From NCBI GenBank assembly GCA_002159075.1, contig LZRT01000072.1, positions 7,096 through 71,095 of the forward strand: a stretch of DNA of 64,000 nt, given 5' to 3'. Origin of the DNA: Bacillus thermozeamaize (GTDB lineage: Bacteria; Bacillota; Bacilli; ZCTH02-B2). The notes under the pieces are model-generated. The model did no database searches. It was not told the DNA's origin and saw only the letters and a program-made list of their open reading frames with translations. Shown in pieces: positions 11,036-21,024 of this stretch. Numbering within the stretch: the stretch's first letter is position 1; the number at the start of each line of letters is the position of its first letter. Made by a program: the position numbers and the translations under genes.

Positions 11036-11797
11036 ATGGCCAAGATCATCGCGGTCGCCAATCAAAAAGGCGGCGTCGGCAAGACGACCACCGCCATCAA
11101 CCTGGGAGCCAGTCTGGCCTCTTTTGGCAGCAAGGTGCTTCTGGTGGACGCCGATCCGCAGGGTAACACGACCAGCGGGATTGGCATCAATAAAGGAGAA
11201 GTGGAGTACTGTGTCTATGATGTCATGATTAATGATATATACCCGGAAAAAGCCATTTTGCCGACGAAGGAAGAAAATCTCTGGATCATTCCGGCTACCA
11301 TTCAACTGGCCGGTGCAGAAATTGAACTGGTTCCCATCATGTCTCGTGAAGTGCGGCTGAAAAAAGCGCTCTCTTTGGTGGAACAGAATTATGACTACAT
11401 CCTGATCGATTGCCCTCCATCCCTCGGCATTCTCACCGTCAACGCGCTGACCGCCGCCAATTCCGTTCTGATTCCCATCCAGTGTGAGTATTATGCGCTG
11501 GAAGGCGTCAGCCAGCTGCTCAACACCATCCGTCTCGTGCAAAAGCACCTCAACACCGAACTGGAAATCGAAGGCGTGCTGATGACGATGTTTGATGCCC
11601 GAACCAATCTGGGCATCCAGGTGGTACAGGAAGTGAAAAAATATTTTCGCGAGAAAGTGTATCAGACGATCATCCCCCGCAACGTCCGTCTCAGCGAAGC
11701 GCCAAGCCATGGCCTTTCCATCCTGACCTACGATCATCGTTCCAAGGGAGCCGAAATGTACCGCGAGTTGGCCAAAGAGGTGATGGGATGTGAGTAA
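11036..11797 (+). CDS. soj: chromosome partitioning ATPase Soj/ParA
   Basis: Deviant Walker A KGGVGKTTT. 253 aa. GAGGTGAG RBS. Confidence 0.95.
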   Translation: MAKIIAVANQKGGVGKTTTAINLGASLASFGSKVLLVDADPQGNTTSGIGINKGEVEYCVYDVMINDIYPEKAILPTKEENLWIIPATIQLAGAEIELVPIMSREVRLKKALSLVEQNYDYILIDCPPSLGILTVNALTAANSVLIPIQCEYYALEGVSQLLNTIRLVQKHLNTELEIEGVLMTMFDARTNLGIQVVQEVKKYFREKVYQTIIPRNVRLSEAPSHGLSILTYDHRSKGAEMYRELAKEVMGCE

Positions 11798-12650
11798 AGG
11801 TCTGGGCAGGGGACTGGACGCCCTTCTGCCGCAAATGGACGGCGACGAAAACAGCATCCAGCAGGTATCGGTTCGCCAATTGCGCCCCAATCCGTACCAG
11901 CCGCGGAAAACGTTTTCCACAGAAGGATTGGAGGAGTTGACCGAGTCGATTCGCCAGCATGGGATGATTCAGCCCATTCTCGTTCGCAAGTCCCTGCATG
12001 GTTACGAAATTGTGGCCGGGGAGCGCCGCTGGCGTGCCGCCAAGATGGCCCGCCTGAAAACGGTGCCGGTCGTCGTCAAGGAATTCAGCGATGAGCAGGT
12101 CATGGAAATCGCTCTCATCGAAAATCTTCAACGGGAAGACCTCAATGCGATGGAAATTGCCCAAGCGTATGACAAGCTGATGCAGACGTTTGGCCTGACG
12201 CAGGAAGAGCTGGCGGCCAAAGTGGGAAAAAGCCGTCCACATGTGGCCAACTTCCTTCGCCTTCTCCAGTTGCCTCCGCGGGTGCAGGAAATGCTTTCCT
12301 CCGGCGAAGTCTCGATGGGACACGCCCGCGCCCTTCTCGGGCTGGCTGATGAGCAGGCCCAGATTCGTTTGGCGGAAACAGTCGTCCGCGAGAAGATGAG
12401 CGTTCGTCAACTGGAGGAGGAGATCCAAAAACAACGGCAAAATGTTTCACGTGAAACATTGCGGAAAAAGCAACCTGCGCGCAATACTTACGTCATAAAT
12501 ATAGAGGAGGTGCTGCGGCAAAACCTGGGCACCTCCGTCAGGATTAAAACCGGGAAGAAGAGAGGCCGCATCGAGATCGACTTTTATTCTGAAGAAGACC
12601 TGAACCGGATTATCGAACGGATTCTGCAAGGGAAGGAAGAGGGTTTGTGA
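11790..12650 (+). CDS. spo0J: chromosome partitioning protein Spo0J/ParB
   Basis: ParB box …GERRWRAA… and HTH. GTG start overlaps the soj 3' end. Contains an internal parS site. Confidence 0.93.
   Translation: MSKGLGRGLDALLPQMDGDENSIQQVSVRQLRPNPYQPRKTFSTEGLEELTESIRQHGMIQPILVRKSLHGYEIVAGERRWRAAKMARLKTVPVVVKEFSDEQVMEIALIENLQREDLNAMEIAQAYDKLMQTFGLTQEELAAKVGKSRPHVANFLRLLQLPPRVQEMLSSGEVSMGHARALLGLADEQAQIRLAETVVREKMSVRQLEEEIQKQRQNVSRETLRKKQPARNTYVINIEEVLRQNLGTSVRIKTGKKRGRIEIDFYSEEDLNRIIERILQGKEEGL
12443..12458. promoter_or_regulatory. parS site inside the spo0J coding sequence
   Basis: TGTTTCACGTGAAACA is a perfect palindromic parS. An intragenic parS in spo0J is also found in B. subtilis. Confidence 0.85.
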
Positions 12651-13780
12651 TTTACCTGGATCAGGCGGCCACCAGCTTTCCCAAACCGCCGGAAGTGCGG
12701 GAAGCTGTCATGAGGTGTCTCGCAGAATACGCGGTCAATCCTGGCAGAGGCGACCATCAGCTGGTCAGACGCGCGCAGGAGCAGGTTTCCCTCGCGCGCC
12801 GGCGGGCGGCTGAACTTTTCCACATCCGGCATCCTGAACGGATCCTTTTTTTTCTCAATGCGACGCAAGCGATCAACCAGGCGATCAAAGGCCTCGTCCG
12901 CCCGGGAGACCATGTGATCGCGAGCGGCATGGAACATAATGCCGTGCGGCGGCCTCTCTTGCATCTGCAAAGGAATGGGGTGGAGGTCACTTTCCTGAAA
13001 GGGGACCGATGGGGGGTGCCGACAGCGGAAGAGGTGGACTCCGCCTTGCGCGAAAATACCCGGCTGGTCATTCTCAACCATGCGTCCAACGTCACCGGCG
13101 CCATTGCCGACATCGGTGCCGTTGGCCAACGCTTGCGGCAGAAGGGTGTGGCGTTCATGGTGGATGCGGCCCAGAGCGCCGGCGTTCTGCCGATCAACGT
13201 AGAGGAGATGGGCATTCACCTCTTGGCTTTTGCCGGGCATAAAGGGCTGTACGGGCCGCAAGGAGTCGGAGGGCTGTACATCAGCGAGGAACTGGATTTG
13301 GTGCCGCTGATTCACGGTGGTACGGGGATTCATTCGTCGGATGCCGATCAGCCCGTTTCCCTGCCGGAACGGTACGAAAGCGGTACGTTGAACACGCCAG
13401 GCCTGGCCGGCCTGGCAGCCGGACTGGAGATCGTGTTGGCCCGGGGCGTCGATGCCATTTTCCGCCACGAATGGGAATTGATCCAGCATCTGCAGTCGGA
13501 ACTGGAGCAAATCCCGGGGGTTACCGTCTATGGTCCGCCGCTGGGCCAGCCAAAAGTGGGGGTTCTTTCGTTTCAGGTGGAAGGCTACCATTCGGAGGAG
13601 GTGGCCATTCTTCTGGATGAACACTTTCGCATTGCCGTGCGCGGCGGCTTGCACTGCGCGCCGTTGGTCCACGAGCGGTTGGGCACGCTTGGCAGCGGCA
13701 CGGTGCGTGCCAGTGTCGGCCTGTTTAATACGCATGACGAGATCGGAAAACTGGTCGCCGCCGTGCGGGAACTGATTTGA
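12647..13780 (+). CDS. aminotransferase class V / cysteine desulfurase family protein
   Basis: N-terminal IYLDQAATSFP, PLP-lysine region …AGHKGLYGPQGVGGLY…, and catalytic-loop Cys region …GGLHCAPL…. GTGA overlap with spo0J. Confidence 0.8.
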   Translation: MIYLDQAATSFPKPPEVREAVMRCLAEYAVNPGRGDHQLVRRAQEQVSLARRRAAELFHIRHPERILFFLNATQAINQAIKGLVRPGDHVIASGMEHNAVRRPLLHLQRNGVEVTFLKGDRWGVPTAEEVDSALRENTRLVILNHASNVTGAIADIGAVGQRLRQKGVAFMVDAAQSAGVLPINVEEMGIHLLAFAGHKGLYGPQGVGGLYISEELDLVPLIHGGTGIHSSDADQPVSLPERYESGTLNTPGLAGLAAGLEIVLARGVDAIFRHEWELIQHLQSELEQIPGVTVYGPPLGQPKVGVLSFQVEGYHSEEVAILLDEHFRIAVRGGLHCAPLVHERLGTLGSGTVRASVGLFNTHDEIGKLVAAVRELI

Positions 13781-13826
13781 TCTTCACCTTAAATCATTTG
13801 TCACACGGTAGATAAGGGAGACGAAC

Positions 13827-14471
13827 ATGCGAGCGATGAATACACCGACGGATTTTCAAATGGATTGGCAGTCCGCCTTGTCCGCCATCTCTGACACCAA
13901 CAACGCGCTGTTTTGGATTGCCCTGATCTTGCTTGGAATCTTTCTCGTGCAGCTCATCCTGTTCATCATCTGGGGGGTTCAAGCCAGACAAATTCGTCAG
14001 ATCCGGCGGCGATACCGGAAGCTATTGTCGCACCTTGGGAGTGAGCAGGGAGGGGATCTGCTCCATCAGTTGCTGACAGAACAGGAATCCCTGCAAGCGC
14101 AGGTGGCCGGCTTGAAACAGGAGCTGGCACAATGCACGCAGGAGATGGCCCGCTTGAAGCAGGAGCAGGCACAACACGTTTCCCGCGTGGGGATGATTCG
14201 TTACAACGCGTTCCGGGAGACGGGCAATGATCTGAGCTTCTCCGTTGCCTGGGTCAACGAGCGGCTGGATGGTGTCGTGATCACCAGCATCTATTCCCGA
14301 GGCGAGTGCAGCGTGTACGCCAAGCCGCTCAGCGGGGGACAGTCCGCCTATCCGCTCAGTCCTGAAGAACAGGAAGCGATTCAACATGCGGCGGCGAGCA
14401 AAGTGCTGGACCAAAACAAGAGAACAGACGGAAACAAGAGCACGCCCGAGGTGCCGTTGTCACGCGCCTGA
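13827..14471 (+). CDS. DUF4446-like membrane protein (YyaB-like) with a coiled-coil segment
   Basis: One N-terminal TM helix, then coiled coil (LKQELAQCTQEMARLKQEQ). Position downstream of spo0J is as in Bacillus. The family assignment is from memory. Confidence 0.55.
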   Translation: MRAMNTPTDFQMDWQSALSAISDTNNALFWIALILLGIFLVQLILFIIWGVQARQIRQIRRRYRKLLSHLGSEQGGDLLHQLLTEQESLQAQVAGLKQELAQCTQEMARLKQEQAQHVSRVGMIRYNAFRETGNDLSFSVAWVNERLDGVVITSIYSRGECSVYAKPLSGGQSAYPLSPEEQEAIQHAAASKVLDQNKRTDGNKSTPEVPLSRA

Positions 14472-14519
14472 CGGCCGCCCGAACGGCGTTGCTCCTGCCT
14501 TGCAGGCTGGTTCCAAGAT

Positions 14520-15224
14520 TCAGCCTGTGCTGAACTCACCGCGCTGGTCACCTTTTGGTGACATTTTTTTGTCCAAACTCTGAATCGTAACCAGCGGTCC
14601 GTCTTTGTAAGCCATCCTGTGCAAGCGGGTAAAGGCCAGGTGGATGCTGCCGGCCATCACCTGCGCCATTTTGATGACGTGGGCCAGGCGCGTATTTTGC
14701 AGGACGAAATACTCCATAAACCCGCCCGCGTTGACGACGCAGGTGAAGGAAAGATCGCCCACTTCGGGCAGGCGTTTGTTGACACCCGCGCCTGGACGCA
14801 AGCTTCCTTCCTGGAGACTAATCATCCCGATGTGCTTGTACTGCCCCAGACAGGCGTCCACAGAGAGAATAAAGGCGTTCGGGTGCCTGCGGTGGATCTG
14901 CTCGATCTGTTCTTTCAGGTTCATGGCATGGACGGGCTCGTCCAATGTGCCATAAATGGTCAGCCCCTGTGGAGCCAGTTGCGCAAGCTGCGAACCAACC
15001 AAGGGGCCCAGAGCATCCCCGGTGGAGCGGTCGGTGCCGATCGCCAGGCACAAGAATTCCCGCTGATGGACGTGCGGGAGCAGGGAGCGGACCAGGGCCT
15101 GTGCCAGCACCTCCGTCGCATTGGCGTCATCATATGGGATTCGGCAAAGCGTCTGGTTGGATGCAAATGGTTTGGGAGGGTTTCTCATCGCGTCACACCG
15201 TTTCTGCAATAATCGTCCAAACAT
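14520..15224 (-). CDS. yyaC: spore protease YyaC (germination protease-like)
   Basis: Conserved …LCIGTDRSTGDALGPLVGS… signature of YyaC/GPR-like proteases in the syntenic position. Start codon is uncertain (15224 or 15188). Confidence 0.75.
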   Translation of the reverse strand: MFGRLLQKRCDAMRNPPKPFASNQTLCRIPYDDANATEVLAQALVRSLLPHVHQREFLCLAIGTDRSTGDALGPLVGSQLAQLAPQGLTIYGTLDEPVHAMNLKEQIEQIHRRHPNAFILSVDACLGQYKHIGMISLQEGSLRPGAGVNKRLPEVGDLSFTCVVNAGGFMEYFVLQNTRLAHVIKMAQVMAGSIHLAFTRLHRMAYKDGPLVTIQSLDKKMSPKGDQRGEFSTG

Positions 15225-15298
15225 TATTAACTAGTATACGGAGAAAGAATTGGAAATATACATGAGAAGGGGGATTGTCCGAAAGAGGAAAATGACGC

Positions 15299-16441
15299 GT
15301 GGAAAGAGGCGGTAAGATGAGCGCAGCTGGCAGGACGGGCGTCTTGGGCAACAGTTTTCGCCTGGCGATGACCATTGTCGGAACCACCATTGGGGCAGGG
15401 TTTGCCTCGGGAAGGGAGATATGGGAGTTTTTTACGGTATACGGCGCGGGCAGCGGGCAAGGCATTCTCCTCTTTGCAGGGCTTTATGCCTTGTGTTGTT
15501 GGGTCATTTTGCGCATCAGCTGGCAGACGAAGCCGGCCAGCTACTCGGAACTTCTCTTCCGCCTGATGTCGCCGCTGATGGCCAGGGTGTATGATGGCTT
15601 GATCATGTTCTACCTGTTTTCATTGTCTGCCGTCATGTTTGCGGCAAGCGGCGCCGTCTTCGCGGACGTTCGGCTGCCCTTTCATCTCGGCGTGCTGGCC
15701 ATCGCCGTCTTGGTGTTCAGCGTGTTGATCTTCCAGATTCGGGGCTTGCTTTCCCTCAACAGCTGGCTGATTCCGTTGCTCGTCCTGATGCTGGCTGCCA
15801 TCGCCTTTTTTTATCTTATGGGCGGCGAACCAGGCGATTCTCAAGGAAGAGAACAAACGGAACAGCTTGAACAGCGTTTTGAGGCGCGCTTCCAACCGTA
15901 CTATGGGGTCTGGGCTTCATCCGTCGTATACACCTCATTCAACTTGGTGCCGATGATAGGTGTTCTCTGCATGGCGGCCAGGGAAAGCCGCCACCCCCGA
16001 GAACTGGCCATCGGATCGCTGCTCAGCGGCCTCTTCCTGGGAGGTCTCGCCTGGCTGCTCAATGGCGCCCTCCTGAACATGCCCGTGGATGTGGCGGCGG
16101 AGAGGGAGATTCTCCTCTTCGAACTGGCCGGCCATTTCCCGTTCCGGGTCGAAAAGCTGGTGTTCTTGTCGCTGTGGCTGGCGATTTACACCACGGCGCT
16201 GAGCAGCATCTTCAGTCTGGCCACGCGGCTTAAGGTGATCGTTATTTGGCCGCACTCCCTCATCCTCGCGATCCTGGTGATCGGGATCATCCCGTTCAGT
16301 TATTTCGGGTTTGCCACTTTAGTGAAAATCCTTTATCCTATATTCGGAATGGCCAGCTTGTTTTTTGTCGGCTGTCTTCTGCTGTCTTGGATTCGCGGCG
16401 ACGACAGCCTGCCGAACCATCACGGTTTCTCGGGGAGATGA
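15299..16441 (+). CDS. polytopic membrane protein (YyaD/YkvI-like putative transporter)
   Basis: Ten or more hydrophobic helices, in the position occupied by yyaD in B. subtilis. Confidence 0.6.
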   Translation: MERGGKMSAAGRTGVLGNSFRLAMTIVGTTIGAGFASGREIWEFFTVYGAGSGQGILLFAGLYALCCWVILRISWQTKPASYSELLFRLMSPLMARVYDGLIMFYLFSLSAVMFAASGAVFADVRLPFHLGVLAIAVLVFSVLIFQIRGLLSLNSWLIPLLVLMLAAIAFFYLMGGEPGDSQGREQTEQLEQRFEARFQPYYGVWASSVVYTSFNLVPMIGVLCMAARESRHPRELAIGSLLSGLFLGGLAWLLNGALLNMPVDVAAEREILLFELAGHFPFRVEKLVFLSLWLAIYTTALSSIFSLATRLKVIVIWPHSLILAILVIGIIPFSYFGFATLVKILYPIFGMASLFFVGCLLLSWIRGDDSLPNHHGFSGR

Positions 16442-16677
16442 AGCCGACCGTGGAGAAAAGCTTTCAGCTTTACGACATCGTGGAAATGAAAAAGCCGCAC
16501 CCGTGCGGAACCAATGCCTGGAGAGTGATTCGCATGGGCATGGACATCCGCATCAAATGCACCGGGTGCGGGCACAGCGTCCTGATGCCCCGCAGGGAGT
16601 TTGTCCGCAAGATGAAGAAGGTACTGATTCCTTACCAGGACGACTCGCGACAGGATGAGTTGAAGACGGAATCTTGA
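16438..16677 (+). CDS. DUF951 family small protein (YyzM-like)
   Basis: 79 aa (MKPTVEKSFQLYDIVEMKKPHPCGTNAWRVIRMGMDIRIKCTGCGH…) with CxxC…CxxC. ATG overlaps the previous stop. This gene pairs with ychF in Bacilli. Confidence 0.7.
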   Translation: MKPTVEKSFQLYDIVEMKKPHPCGTNAWRVIRMGMDIRIKCTGCGHSVLMPRREFVRKMKKVLIPYQDDSRQDELKTES

Positions 16678-16711
16678 ACAAGACTTGAACGTTTGCAATC
16701 GGAGGAGAACC

Positions 16712-17809
16712 ATGTTATCAACGGGAATTGTCGGGTTGCCCAATGTGGGCAAATCAACGCTGTTCAATGCGATTACACAGGCAGGTGCGGAAGCGGCCAA
16801 CTATCCCTTTTGCACCATCGATCCCAATGTGGGTGTCGTGGAAGTGCCCGATGAGCGGCTGGTCCACTTGCAGGAAATGTTTCAATCCAGGCGAGTGGTG
16901 CCGACCGCTTTTCAATTTGTCGATATCGCCGGCCTGGTGAAAGGAGCCAGCAAGGGAGAGGGGCTCGGCAACCAGTTTCTTGCCCATATTCGTGAAGTGG
17001 ATGCCATCGCCCACGTGGTCCGGTGTTTTGAGGACTCAGACATCACCCATGTGGCGGGCCGGATTGACCCGCTTGACGACATCCGCACCATCAACATGGA
17101 GCTCATCCTGGCCGATCTGGAAACAGTGGAGCGGCGCATCGAGCGCACGCGCCGGCAGGCCAAGAGCGGTGAGAAGAAGTTTCAGCAGGAATTGGCCGTC
17201 CTCGAGCGGCTGAAACAGGCGCTGGAAGAGGAAAGGCCGGCACGTCAGGTGGATTTGAGCGATGAGGAGCGTCTGCTGGTGCGGGATTTGCACCTCTTGA
17301 CGATGAAGCCGGTGCTGTATGTGGCCAATGTCAGTGAGGAAGAGGTGGCCCGTCCCTTTGACAATCCTCATGTCCAGAAAGTGATGGAATTTGCCGCCGC
17401 CGAGGGGGCGGAAGTGGTTCCGATCAGTGCCCGGGTGGAGGCGGAGATCGCCGAGTTGCCCGCGGAGGAACGGGGGGAATTCCTGCGCGAGCTGGGGCTT
17501 GAGGCAGCCGGACTGGAGCGGTTGATCCGGCAGGCATACCGGTTGCTCGGACTGATCACCTTCCTGACGGCCGGTGAACAGGAAGTGCGGGCCTGGACGA
17601 TTCGCCAGGGAACCAAAGCGCCCCAGGCGGCCGGTGTGATCCACAGCGACTTTGAACGGGGATTCATTCGGGCGGAAGTGGTGGCTTATGACGATCTGAT
17701 GGCGGCCGGATCGATGGCGGCCGCCCGGGAAAAAGGACTGATCCGTCTGGAAGGGAAGGATTACGTGGTCCAGGACGGCGACGTGATCTACTTCCGCTTC
17801 AATGTCTGA
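16712..17809 (+). CDS. ychF: ribosome-binding ATPase YchF
   Basis: Starts MLSTGIVGLPNVGKSTLFNAIT (Obg-family G1 motif). 365 aa, with a TGS domain at the C-terminus. Confidence 0.93.
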   Translation: MLSTGIVGLPNVGKSTLFNAITQAGAEAANYPFCTIDPNVGVVEVPDERLVHLQEMFQSRRVVPTAFQFVDIAGLVKGASKGEGLGNQFLAHIREVDAIAHVVRCFEDSDITHVAGRIDPLDDIRTINMELILADLETVERRIERTRRQAKSGEKKFQQELAVLERLKQALEEERPARQVDLSDEERLLVRDLHLLTMKPVLYVANVSEEEVARPFDNPHVQKVMEFAAAEGAEVVPISARVEAEIAELPAEERGEFLRELGLEAAGLERLIRQAYRLLGLITFLTAGEQEVRAWTIRQGTKAPQAAGVIHSDFERGFIRAEVVAYDDLMAAGSMAAAREKGLIRLEGKDYVVQDGDVIYFRFNV

Positions 17810-17818
17810 AAAAGGCCA

Positions 17819-19501
17819 TCAAGTCGACCTTTCACGCAGCTCCCGGCGGAGAAATTTGCCGGAAGCTGTTTTTGGTATTTCCGGCAAAAACTCCACCATC
17901 CGTGGATATTTGTAAGCCGCCATCCGTTCCTTGCAGAATTGGATGATCTCCTCCGCCGTCACCTTCCCCGCGTAATCCTCCCGGAGGGCCACGAAAGCTT
18001 TCACCGTTTCTCCCCGGTAGGGATCGGGCACGCCGACGACCGCCGCCTCCTTGACGGCTGGATGCTGATACAGGGTATCCTCCACCTCCCGTGGCCATAC
18101 CTTGTACCCAGAGGCGTTGATCATGTCCTTTTTGCGGTCGACGACGTAAAACCAGCCTTCTTCGTCCATGACCACGACGTCTCCGGTCAGGAAGTACCCG
18201 TTGTGAAACGCCTTTTCGGTGGCTTCGGGCTTCTGCCAATAACCGGAGAAAATCATCGGGCCGCGTACGGCAAATTCGCCCGCTTCACCGACGCCCACTT
18301 CGCGGTCGGGGTCTTCCAAATCGACCACCTTCGCGTCCACATTGGGAATGGGCACGCCGACCGACAGCGCGCCGCTGCCGGGATCGACAGGGGCCTTTGC
18401 GCCCATCGGCACGGCATGGGTGGGCGAGTTGCTTTCCGTCAACCCGTAGATGTTGTGAATGTAGGCGCCGAATTGCCGTTCGAACTGTTCGACCAGGCTG
18501 GGCGCAATCGGCGCACCCCCACTGTAACATTTCCGCAGCGAACGGACATCCGCGTGTTTGGCGCCGGGAGCGTTCATCAAGGCGATGTAGGCCGTGATGG
18601 AGGCCACGGTCATCGTCGGCTGCCACGTTTCGATCATGCGCAAGGCCTCTTCCGAATCAAAGCGGTGGAACAAAACCAGCGGCACCCCCGCCAAGGCAGC
18701 CAGGGCTGCGTGGCCGACGATGCCGGTGATGTGAAAGAGCGGCGCCATGCCGAACACCGTGTCGTCCGGCCCGATTTGCATCCAGGTGCGGTACGCATTG
18801 GCGTTGAACGCGATGTTCCGGTGGAGGTTCATCGCTCCCTTGGGCAAACCGGTGGTCCCGGAAGTATAGACCAGGTACGCCGTGTCTTCCGGCCTCACCT
18901 CGGCCCGCGCACCCGGATCGGGCGCCGTTTGTTCCAACGCCGGAAACAGGTCGACCGTGCCGGCCGGCACCGTTTTTTCCGTCTGGGTCAAGAGCGTGAT
19001 CTGACGCCAGCGGTCGCCGGACAACCCGTCGGCCTCATGGGTGGTGACCACCTGTTCGACAGCCGTCTCGCCGATCACCGTCTCTGCATGGGCGGCATAC
19101 AGGGAGTCCAGCGCCACCAGGACCTTGGCTCCGGAGTCTTGCAGGTGATACCGGACTTCCTTTTCCTTGAACATGGGGTTGAGGGGCACCACGATGGCGC
19201 CCCGCTTCCACGCGCCGTACTGGGCGATGAGAAACTGGGGATTGTTCTGCAGGTAGAGCGCCACCCGGTCGCCTGGGCCGACGCCCCACCGGGCGAGCAG
19301 GGTGGCGAACCGGTCGGCCAAATCGTTCAACCGGCGATAGGAGATCGTCTCATAGAAATAATGGATCGCTGGCGCCTCCCCCGCCCTTCGGACGCTTTCT
19401 TCAAAGAGATCGATCATGCTCTTCTGGGGTAAGGGGAGTTCGCTTGGAACAAATGCCGGATAATGTTTCAACCACGGTTTGTGCGCATACACGGATGCCA
19501 T
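17819..19501 (-). CDS. AMP-dependent synthetase / long-chain fatty-acid-CoA ligase
   Basis: AMP-binding signature YTSGTTGLPKGA, adenylation core and C-terminal …GKFLRRELRE. Likely start MASVYAHKPW after GGAAGGAGG. Confidence 0.85.
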   Translation of the reverse strand: MASVYAHKPWLKHYPAFVPSELPLPQKSMIDLFEESVRRAGEAPAIHYFYETISYRRLNDLADRFATLLARWGVGPGDRVALYLQNNPQFLIAQYGAWKRGAIVVPLNPMFKEKEVRYHLQDSGAKVLVALDSLYAAHAETVIGETAVEQVVTTHEADGLSGDRWRQITLLTQTEKTVPAGTVDLFPALEQTAPDPGARAEVRPEDTAYLVYTSGTTGLPKGAMNLHRNIAFNANAYRTWMQIGPDDTVFGMAPLFHITGIVGHAALAALAGVPLVLFHRFDSEEALRMIETWQPTMTVASITAYIALMNAPGAKHADVRSLRKCYSGGAPIAPSLVEQFERQFGAYIHNIYGLTESNSPTHAVPMGAKAPVDPGSGALSVGVPIPNVDAKVVDLEDPDREVGVGEAGEFAVRGPMIFSGYWQKPEATEKAFHNGYFLTGDVVVMDEEGWFYVVDRKKDMINASGYKVWPREVEDTLYQHPAVKEAAVVGVPDPYRGETVKAFVALREDYAGKVTAEEIIQFCKERMAAYKYPRMVEFLPEIPKTASGKFLRRELRERST

Positions 19502-19819
19502 GGTTTCGCCTCCTTCCAAGGATCAACGGGGACCTTATTTCACACCAACCGGATGAGGAATGGACCTCTCCCCGCGCAGGTATATTTCTTTTGTTGCTAT
19601 ATTTTTTATGGCAGTATTTTATTTATAAAGCATAGAGACCTCACTCCTTTTTACCGCGCGTTCAAGCACAGTGTTTTTTTTTTGCCCTAGTGAGGTCTCT
19701 TTCCCTTTTGTTTCCGCTTTTATTCCGCTTTTTTCCTTCCCTGAACACCTACTTAAAACTTTGCATGCTTGACCGCCCTTGTGTTGAACATCGCGATCTG
19801 TCTATTGCTACAACAGTTA

Positions 19820-20770
19820 TTAGGATCCTTCAAACCATCTGCGTGCGTTATCCACCATCATGAGATGAATTTGTTCATCGGTCACCCCAGCCCGTTTTAA
19901 TTCCGGGATCACTTCGGTGAGCACATAAGTCATCGACCACTTGGGGAACATCTGACGTGCTGTCTCTTCTGGAAACCAGTCGATGGTGCAACAATAATCC
20001 TGCGAGAGTAACATCCGATCTGCATAGCCACGCTTGGCCAACTCCACCACAGTGGCGTTTCGCCGTTCAGTTGAACAGCCAAACTGACCCGTCAATCCAT
20101 AGCGATCCATTCCCATGAACGGTCCCCTGTCCACCACCTGAAGAAGATACTCCAGGCTGTCTGTATCACCACAATGACCGATCAATACCCGCTTCGGATC
20201 CACTCCTTCTTCTTCAAAAATGTCCATTTGTTTTAACCCTGTTCCGCTCGCCGGATGAGAGTGGGTCATAATAGGTACGCCCGTCCTCAGATGGGCACGA
20301 GCTGCCGCACGAAGCACCTTTTCCACGTCAGGGGTGATGCCCTGCGCATCTGTTGCACATTTTATAAAACCAGCCTTGATATCGGTGTTTTGGATGCCCA
20401 CTTCAATATCACGGACAAACAGGTCGGCCATATAGTCAATATCCCTGTTCTGAAAGTGTGGCGGAACGTAGTGGTAGGAATAGATGCCGGTTGCCGCAAC
20501 AATTTGTACGCCGGTGGCTCGTGATACCCGTTCTATAAAACGGATGTCGCGACCCAGTTCCATAACTGTCGGATCGCAGATAGTCTTCACCCCGAGGGCC
20601 TTTGCCGCGTTCACCTGTTCGACAGCTTTGTTGAAATCATATTCATCGTCGTATAGGTGAGGAAATTGGAACGCGACCGATTCAGAACGTACCCTCATGT
20701 GCTCGTGGATCAGTGTCAAACCCAACTCACTCGAATCAACCGGACCTGTTACTGTGTTGACAGTTGTCAT
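19820..20770 (-). CDS. phosphotriesterase-related protein (PTE/Php family amidohydrolase)
   Basis: N-terminal …GLTLIHEHM… metal-binding His pair, TIM-barrel amidohydrolase pattern, and AAGGGAGATGG RBS before MTTVNTV. The flanks are AT-rich. Confidence 0.8.
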   Translation of the reverse strand: MTTVNTVTGPVDSSELGLTLIHEHMRVRSESVAFQFPHLYDDEYDFNKAVEQVNAAKALGVKTICDPTVMELGRDIRFIERVSRATGVQIVAATGIYSYHYVPPHFQNRDIDYMADLFVRDIEVGIQNTDIKAGFIKCATDAQGITPDVEKVLRAAARAHLRTGVPIMTHSHPASGTGLKQMDIFEEEGVDPKRVLIGHCGDTDSLEYLLQVVDRGPFMGMDRYGLTGQFGCSTERRNATVVELAKRGYADRMLLSQDYCCTIDWFPEETARQMFPKWSMTYVLTEVIPELKRAGVTDEQIHLMMVDNARRWFEGS

Positions 20771-20903
20771 ATACCCATCTCCCTTGTAATTAAAGTTCGT
20801 TCTTATTTGATTTATCTGATTCATTATTCATTTAGTCTTAGTTTAGGGAATAAAGTTTTATTTGTCAATAATGGGACAATGTGCAAACAGGGCTGACGTG
20901 CAA

Positions 20904-20932
20904 TTGCATCCATATGAAAAATGTGTTATCAT
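20904..20932 (+). promoter_or_regulatory. sigma-A-type promoter of the rpsF-ssb-rpsR operon
   Basis: TTGCAT (-35), 17 bp spacer, then extended -10 TGtTATCAT. An about 85 nt leader follows before rpsF. Confidence 0.55.
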
Positions 20933-21024
20933 CCCGTAATGTGGATCTTTGTCTTTCCATATCAGACGATTCACTCCTTGCTCCCGCCAAGGGGGCCGTT
21001 TCAGTCCAGAAGGAGGTGCAAAGG

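Noticed and set aside
12584-13735. 383-aa minus-strand ORF opposite the cysteine desulfurase gene
   Set aside because: The sense strand encodes a well-conserved class V aminotransferase. The antisense product is low-complexity.
17939-19432. 497-aa plus-strand ORF opposite the acyl-CoA ligase
   Set aside because: The sense strand carries the AMP-binding signature. The antisense ORF has no RBS or domain and a biased composition.
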